Part shown: piece after piece, positions 58,532-64,000 of the stretch
How the letters are laid out: each line of letters starts with the position of its first letter
Position numbering within the stretch: position 1 is the first letter of the stretch
Assembly: GCA_000708835.1 (NCBI GenBank)
Contig: DF237039.1
Span: 150,035-214,034, forward strand
Length of the DNA: 64,000 bases
Direction of reading: 5' to 3'
Source: Klebsormidium nitens
Taxonomy: Eukaryota > Plantae > Klebsormidiophyceae
Translations under genes and position numbers: made by a program
The notes under the pieces: model-generated
Told to the model about the DNA's origin: nothing
The model's database searches: none
Seen by the model: only the letters and a program-made list of their open reading frames with translations

Positions 58532-61500
58532 TCAGTCTGCAGCTGAACCACCAAATACATTCGGACCACGCCTCCGGGGAGGGGGCGACTCATACCGCCT
58601 GCTTGGTCGCTCCTTCCCTGGCCGCTCTTCACCACCCCAGTCTCGGTTGTAGCTCCCTTCTCGCTCCCTCCCTCTCCCGAAGTCCTCTCTGCGCAGCGGC
58701 CCCTCTCTCTCCCGACTCGCACCCTTTTCTTCCCTCCGACTCTTTGGGGGAGAATGATGCTCGATCGGCGACTCCGACAGTGCTCTCTTCCTCACAGGCG
58801 GGGACTGGCTATCACCCCGGCTGTCCGAACCGCCCCTCTTCCTTGCTGGGCTGACGCTCCGCTTCACGGGGCTGACCACTCGCTGCCCGTTCCTTCCCCC
58901 GCTCTCTTGTGAGGAGGCCCCGTTCCTCCGACTTGGCAGGGAGCTGTCCCGGCCCTTCGGCGGGCTGAAACTTACCCCCCGCTTCAGAAGCGGGCTGCGC
59001 GCGCGGGGTGGTGGCGGGCTAGGATCCCTCATCCCGTCGGACCTGCCCCGAGAGCCGTTTCGCTCTGCACCTCGAAATCCGACGAGATAGTCTCGGTTGC
59101 GCGGGGGCGGCGGTGAGCGGGACCGGGAGCGTGACCGCCCGCCACGGACGGGGCTGGCGCCATGGTAGCTTCCGCGAGGAGGGGGTGCTCTTGCGGGCAG
59201 GGGTGGAGAAGGGCTGCGGCCACGCCTCCAGCCTGCTAAGAACAGAACAAGGGTGTTAGCAACAGAATGCAGATTTGATCCGCAAGCTTGAAGCTTTTCA
59301 GGAGCAAACACACTCAGCAGACCCTTAATATTGAGATCAATCCGTCTGCATAAAAAGTATGTTCGTTGTAATTCGATAAAGTGCCGTTTCCGTTTCCGTT
59401 TCCATTTCCGTCTTTTATTGGACGAGATATTGTCACTCGCATACAGAACATGCCGACGCAACTCCTGGGCTCAATCAACAAGCACACAAAAGGAAATATT
59501 GGAAACATATATCCTGATCCAAGCAAACACAGCAATGCAGCAGAGCAACACGTGAGCTACCAGCAGAATGCACCTCTTACTGCTCCAAAATCTACCAGGA
59601 AACCGTAAGCGAGCATACAAAGCACCGAGGGAACAAGCACTTCCTTCAGTAGACCAGATCAACGTTCAGAAAGGCAGCCCACCTGGCGGGTATCTGGGAG
59701 GCGGTCCCCCCATCATTGGCCGCGGCCCTGGATACGGCACTTCCACCAGTCCCCTGCCTGGCACCAGCATCACGGGCCTCGTCACAGGGCCCACCAGGCC
59801 CCCCATTCCCGGCGGTCCTCCCATTCCAGGGTACGCAAGCACAGCTCTTGGCACCCCCCCAGGGCCCCCAATTCTCCTCAACCCCCCCGCTGCGTACATT
59901 CCCCCCCCACGCGCCCCCATCATCGGCTCCGGCACCTTGCTGATTGTCCCATCCGGGTTCACCACAAAGCCCGTACTCTGCAAGCGCGCAGCGGCAGCAG
60001 CAGCCGCGTTCAGAGAAGAGGCGGGGCCAAAGCTCGGCCCGCGGCGAACCCCAGGGCCCCACCCCTTGGGACCGTAAGGGGGTGCTGAGCCCCACCCTTG
60101 GTAGTCAGGGCGGACCCCCCGGCTAGGGAACTCACGCCGATACGGACCTGGGCGCTCGTCCCGCCTGTCCTGCTCTTGCCACCTGTCAACCTCCTCCCGA
60201 CGCTCCCTGGAGCCTTCCCTGCTGCCGCCAAACCGCCTCCCGTCGGCGCCTCTCCTGGCAGGGGGGGGTGGCCCAGCATCTGGAATCCTTGCAGCGTCCC
60301 CGTTTCGGACCACCCCCGGCCCCCTCCCTGCATCTGAGCCTCTGGAATCCAGCCCTCTTCCACTGTCAGCAATTCTTCCCCCCCTGGCATCCACGCTCCT
60401 CTCCCCACTGGGTGCCTCGTCCTCGCCCCACCCCCCCTCCTTCGAATCCACCCCCGTCTGCGCAGCGGCTGCCGCCACAGCACTCGAAACAGCTGCAGCA
60501 AGCGAGGTCTGCGGCGCATCTGACTCTGCGAGGGTTGCAGGTCCCTCGTCTTCCCCGGACGACGGACCATAGTCCAGGTCGACCTGCTCCAAGTCAAGAT
60601 CGTTCTCGCCAAAGCTGTCCCTCCTCTTTGCCAAACCAGGCTCCCTCCGAGCCTCCTCCCCAGGCTCGTCCGTGGTCCTGGTGTCCACCTCTGCTCGCTC
60701 TGGCATGTCCTCCTGGCGACTGCCGGCAGACCAGCCCCGCATCCCCTGCTCTCCGACTTCTCTCTGCCCCATGCTCTCAGCCTTTGCTGCTGGCCCGTCC
60801 CGGTCCACCCCACTGTCTTCCAACTTCTGCTCCACTTCTTTGCTCCCTCCCACTGCATGCTCTCCCGCTACCGCTCCATCTTCAGCATCACGTGCGTCCC
60901 ACTCCACACCCCCGTCGTCACTAACCGGACTCAAATTACCGTCTGCCATTTCCTCCCCATCTGCCTCCCATCTGGGTGCCTCGGCTGTCATGCTGGCGAC
61001 ACGAGACCCAGGCTCTTCTGCAAGCTCTGCTGACCCCACGCCTGCATCGCCATTCTCAACCCCAGCACTTCCTCTCTGAATATCAGGGGTCTCAGCACCC
61101 TCACCCCCCGCCCTCACAATGCTCGACACCCTCTCTCCGTTCTCTCCACGGATCCCAACAGGCGCGCTCTGCTCTGCACTGGGAGGCCCTGACTCCCTTA
61201 CGCTGCCATCTATTTCGAGGTCCCGGCTCACCCCCTTCGCTTTCACTTCCGCTTCACCTGACCCTCTCTCCAAAGCACTTTCTCCATCTGGCACCCCCTC
61301 CTCTATGCCACTCAGCTTTGCTGGTAGCACTCCAGATGACTGCCTGCACTCTTGCACCCCAGCTTGCGACTCCTCTTCTTTCTTGAGACTCTGCCCCTCA
61401 TCTCGCCCCTCCCTCCCGTCTTCACTCCTGCCAACCTCGCCTCCGCCACTCTCATCCTCTCCCCCGTTTTCCTCCTCGCCTGCCAACTCCTTGGCAACCT

Positions 61501-62419
61501 CCTCGCGCAACTTTCTGCCAGGCTCCTCGACTGCTTTTGCTCTCTCTGCTTCCTTCTCCCCAGCGAGCGCGTCCCCACTCTTCTCATCCGCCGAGTTCTC
61601 CCTGCTGCTGTTCCCCTTCTCCCCGCCAAACCGAGCGCGCCGACCCCCGTTCCTCCTCCCCTTCACTGGCGCCTTCAGGATCGGGCTCCCTGTCTCCATC
61701 ATCTCTGCTTCAGCGCTTGCCGCCACACCAGCAAGCACATCCAGCGCAACGCTCCCAGAGCCTCCTAACCCGTCGGCAGGGCCAGGGGTTGCACCCTGCA
61801 AACCCTCCCCTTTTACCGCTAGGGACTGCCGATCCTCAATCCTCTTGCCCTTGATCTCCTGCAAAGCAACACCTGATGCAGCCTTGTCTTCGCCCTCCGA
61901 ATCTGGCTCCATCTTGTGTGCATGCCCATTCTCCGCAGGCATGCTCCGCACAGCACCCCGCGGACTCTCCTCTGGTACCGCCGAGGGCGGTGCCCCTGTC
62001 GTGTCCTCTTCCATCATGGCCATCATGAGCTGCAGTTTCCTCTTCTTCAGTGGCATCGACGCAATTGTCGCGTTGCTAAAGCTGCGCCCCAGCTTCGCCT
62101 CCTTCTGCTCGGCGCCTCCCAGTGGCTCTGCTGGATGAAACCCCCCATTCTGACCTGCCTGACCGTTTGCCTGCTTCTTCGACCCCACCTCAGCCCCCAC
62201 AGAACCATTCCCGTTCACAAGCGCGCTCCGCAGCCTCTTTGTGCCCCGCCTATCCCCTCCCCGCCCTTTCTTCTCCAGGGCGGACGCCCCCATCTCGCCC
62301 AAGGGGCTCCTCACAGCATCTTCTGATGTGGCACTTCCTGTGGTGTCCTCTGCAACCACCGCAAAACTCTCTAGGCTGCTGTCACTGCTCTTGTCAGCAC
62401 TCTGGTCAGGTTCAGGCAT
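58532..62419 (-). CDS. Large low-complexity nuclear protein (acidic middle, PGM-rich segment, RS/RSP-rich C-terminus), 2 coding exons, about 1145 aa
   Basis: Exons 59683-62419 (ATG in MPEPDQ) and 58532-59232, joined by a phase-1 intron (CCAG|GTGGGC ... ttcttagcag|GC); total 3438 nt. NLS-like MPLKKRKL, motif GFVVNPDGTISK, RSRSRSRSPPPP. No RRM seen. Confidence 0.8.
59384..59411. repeat. (CCGTTT)n hexamer repeat inside the intron of the RS-rich gene
   Basis: ccgttt x3 followed by ccattt ccgt, adjacent to an AATAAA on the minus strand (59414-59419). Confidence 0.75.
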
Positions 62420-64000
62420 GGAAAACCTGCAGGTGCAGTTTGAACGGCGAAGGCTGCGCTTAGACCAGCTTCTCGTGCCGAGAAACGCAGGGGACTGGCC
62501 CCATACTGAGGAAGGTTGGCTGGCTCCACAAGCGCAGGACGTGACCTGCATCATCCAAGAATAAAAAATGTTGGAACCTCAATTGTTTGCATATACAGCG
62601 TCACTCCCCAACCCCCGTAATCCGTGGATCATCTGCACAGTGCTCTGCCCGCGCTTTGTAACAAAGGCAAAAAATTGCAAGCAGTTGGAACAACAGGAGG
62701 GGCCAGGTTCAAAGCCTGGCAAGTTGACAGACACAATGACTGCTACCCCCTGGAAAAGAAAAATGGAAACAGGCTACTTCTTGATGAGCAGACACCACAC
62801 CTAGGCGGCAAAGGTAGTACAAAGGACCAGGCCTCTTGCAGAGTTGCACTACAAACTATTAAGAGCAGGTCAATAAAGGCACCAGCCAAGTTCACTATCA
62901 TCCGGGGTAGTTTCTGTGCCCCTCTTGAAGGAACACCTCACCATAATCCCGCCTCTCCGCACTCCCTGAACTCCCCCGTGCACGTCTTCAGACCTTGACT
63001 TGACCCCCTGACCTGCACAAGGAGGTTGCAAGGGCCTCAGAGCAATACAAACACAGCAGAACATGGCCAAGCAGGCAAAGCCTTGTCTAGCCTTCTGGCA
63101 CAGGATCCATGTGACCCTTGAGCAGATAAATTCGCTCGATGTCATCAAAGGCCAGTGATCCATGACCAAGTCTCAGTCCGCTGCCCCTTGGGAGTGTAAC
63201 AACTGAATCTGGTCACCTTGACGATGGCCCATGCAGGAGCCCTCAGCACAGAAGGATGCATAACTTGAGAGCTTCCACCCTAACCCTTCAAGGCAATCCG
63301 CAAAACAATCCCAGCGATCTCCAGCCTGCAACACCTCCCCAGTTTTGAAGCATGAGAAAAAGCATGTAGACGATAGGCTCTTGCCCTGAGAGGTCCCAAA
63401 AGCTACCAGCCACAAAAATTGCTCAGCCTGATGATGAAACTGAATGATCCACAGCTTTGTCCATAAACGGCCCCGTGCGCACACTTGCCAACTGAACCCC
63501 TCAACTTTCAAAGGCTGGAATCAGCAGAAGCTGATGACCAAAGCAGTCGACTAACCTGCAGAACATGCACAAGGCGTTGTTCACGAGCCTCTTGCTCTAC
63601 CGACTTCGCAGGCGTGCTCTTTGAACGCTGATTCTAAGTCTGCCCAGTCCCTTCAGACGCCCCTAGCTCATCTGCCAACTTCCAACCACCCTGCGCTCCG
63701 CCAGCGCTCTCTCTGCTGATCATTCAGGAACTTCTCCTCAAACCCACCATGTCACGTCGCCTGCCAAGTTGTGCCAACGCTGCGAAGACAGTTGACTGGA
63801 CCACGTGCCGCAGATATTTTGGCCGGGTGCACTTTTTCGACGACGCCGAAACACTCGTCGAACAATATACACACAGAGGAAAGCCCAAGTTCCAGACTTA
63901 CATATCATGCGATATATTCGACAGCGAAGAGTTGTCGAAGGCGGCAAATTTGTCCACTCCAAATTGGCCTGGCCGGCTTTCTTGAAGTTGGTCCCAATTT

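Noticed and set aside
59944-62463. Many long plus-strand ORFs (e.g. 60268-60924, 61119-62138); similar ones at 1932-2561, 21401-22111, 25204-25935, 42156-42881
   Set aside because: Antisense shadows of GC-rich coding exons with complementary low-complexity composition.

Overview
Eukaryotic, intron-rich, moderately GC-rich genomic DNA. The gene set (CYP51G-type P450, STP hexose transporter, plant-type 2OG dioxygenase, plastid HPP protein, MAX2-like F-box, plus the centriolar/flagellar protein CEP97) points to a flagellate-producing streptophyte alga such as Klebsormidium; this is inference, not a database result. I built 14 gene models by hand from splice sites and reading frame. The 11 complete spliced models each sum to a whole number of codons. 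In order: partial unknown gene (-), disrupted MAX2/D3-like F-box-LRR gene (+), CYP51 (-), SSU72 (+), Siva-like Zn-finger gene (-), CEP97-like (+), membrane-anchored FkbM methyltransferase (-), RPN8 (+), STP sugar transporter (+), TMEM45/DUF716 (-), 2OG-Fe(II) dioxygenase (-), glycine-rich RRM protein (+), HPP-family protein (-), and a large acidic/RS-rich protein (-). I found no rRNA, tRNA, CRISPR array or intact transposon. The strongest leads are: a Siva-like gene that the ORF track misses entirely; a MAX2-like gene with a frameshift and a premature stop; a U12-type intron and a 14-nt direct-repeat-bounded intron in SSU72; a GC-AG intron in the HPP gene; five head-to-head gene pairs; and palindrome-dense blocks between convergent genes. 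All family assignments rest on motif recognition from memory and need confirming by search.
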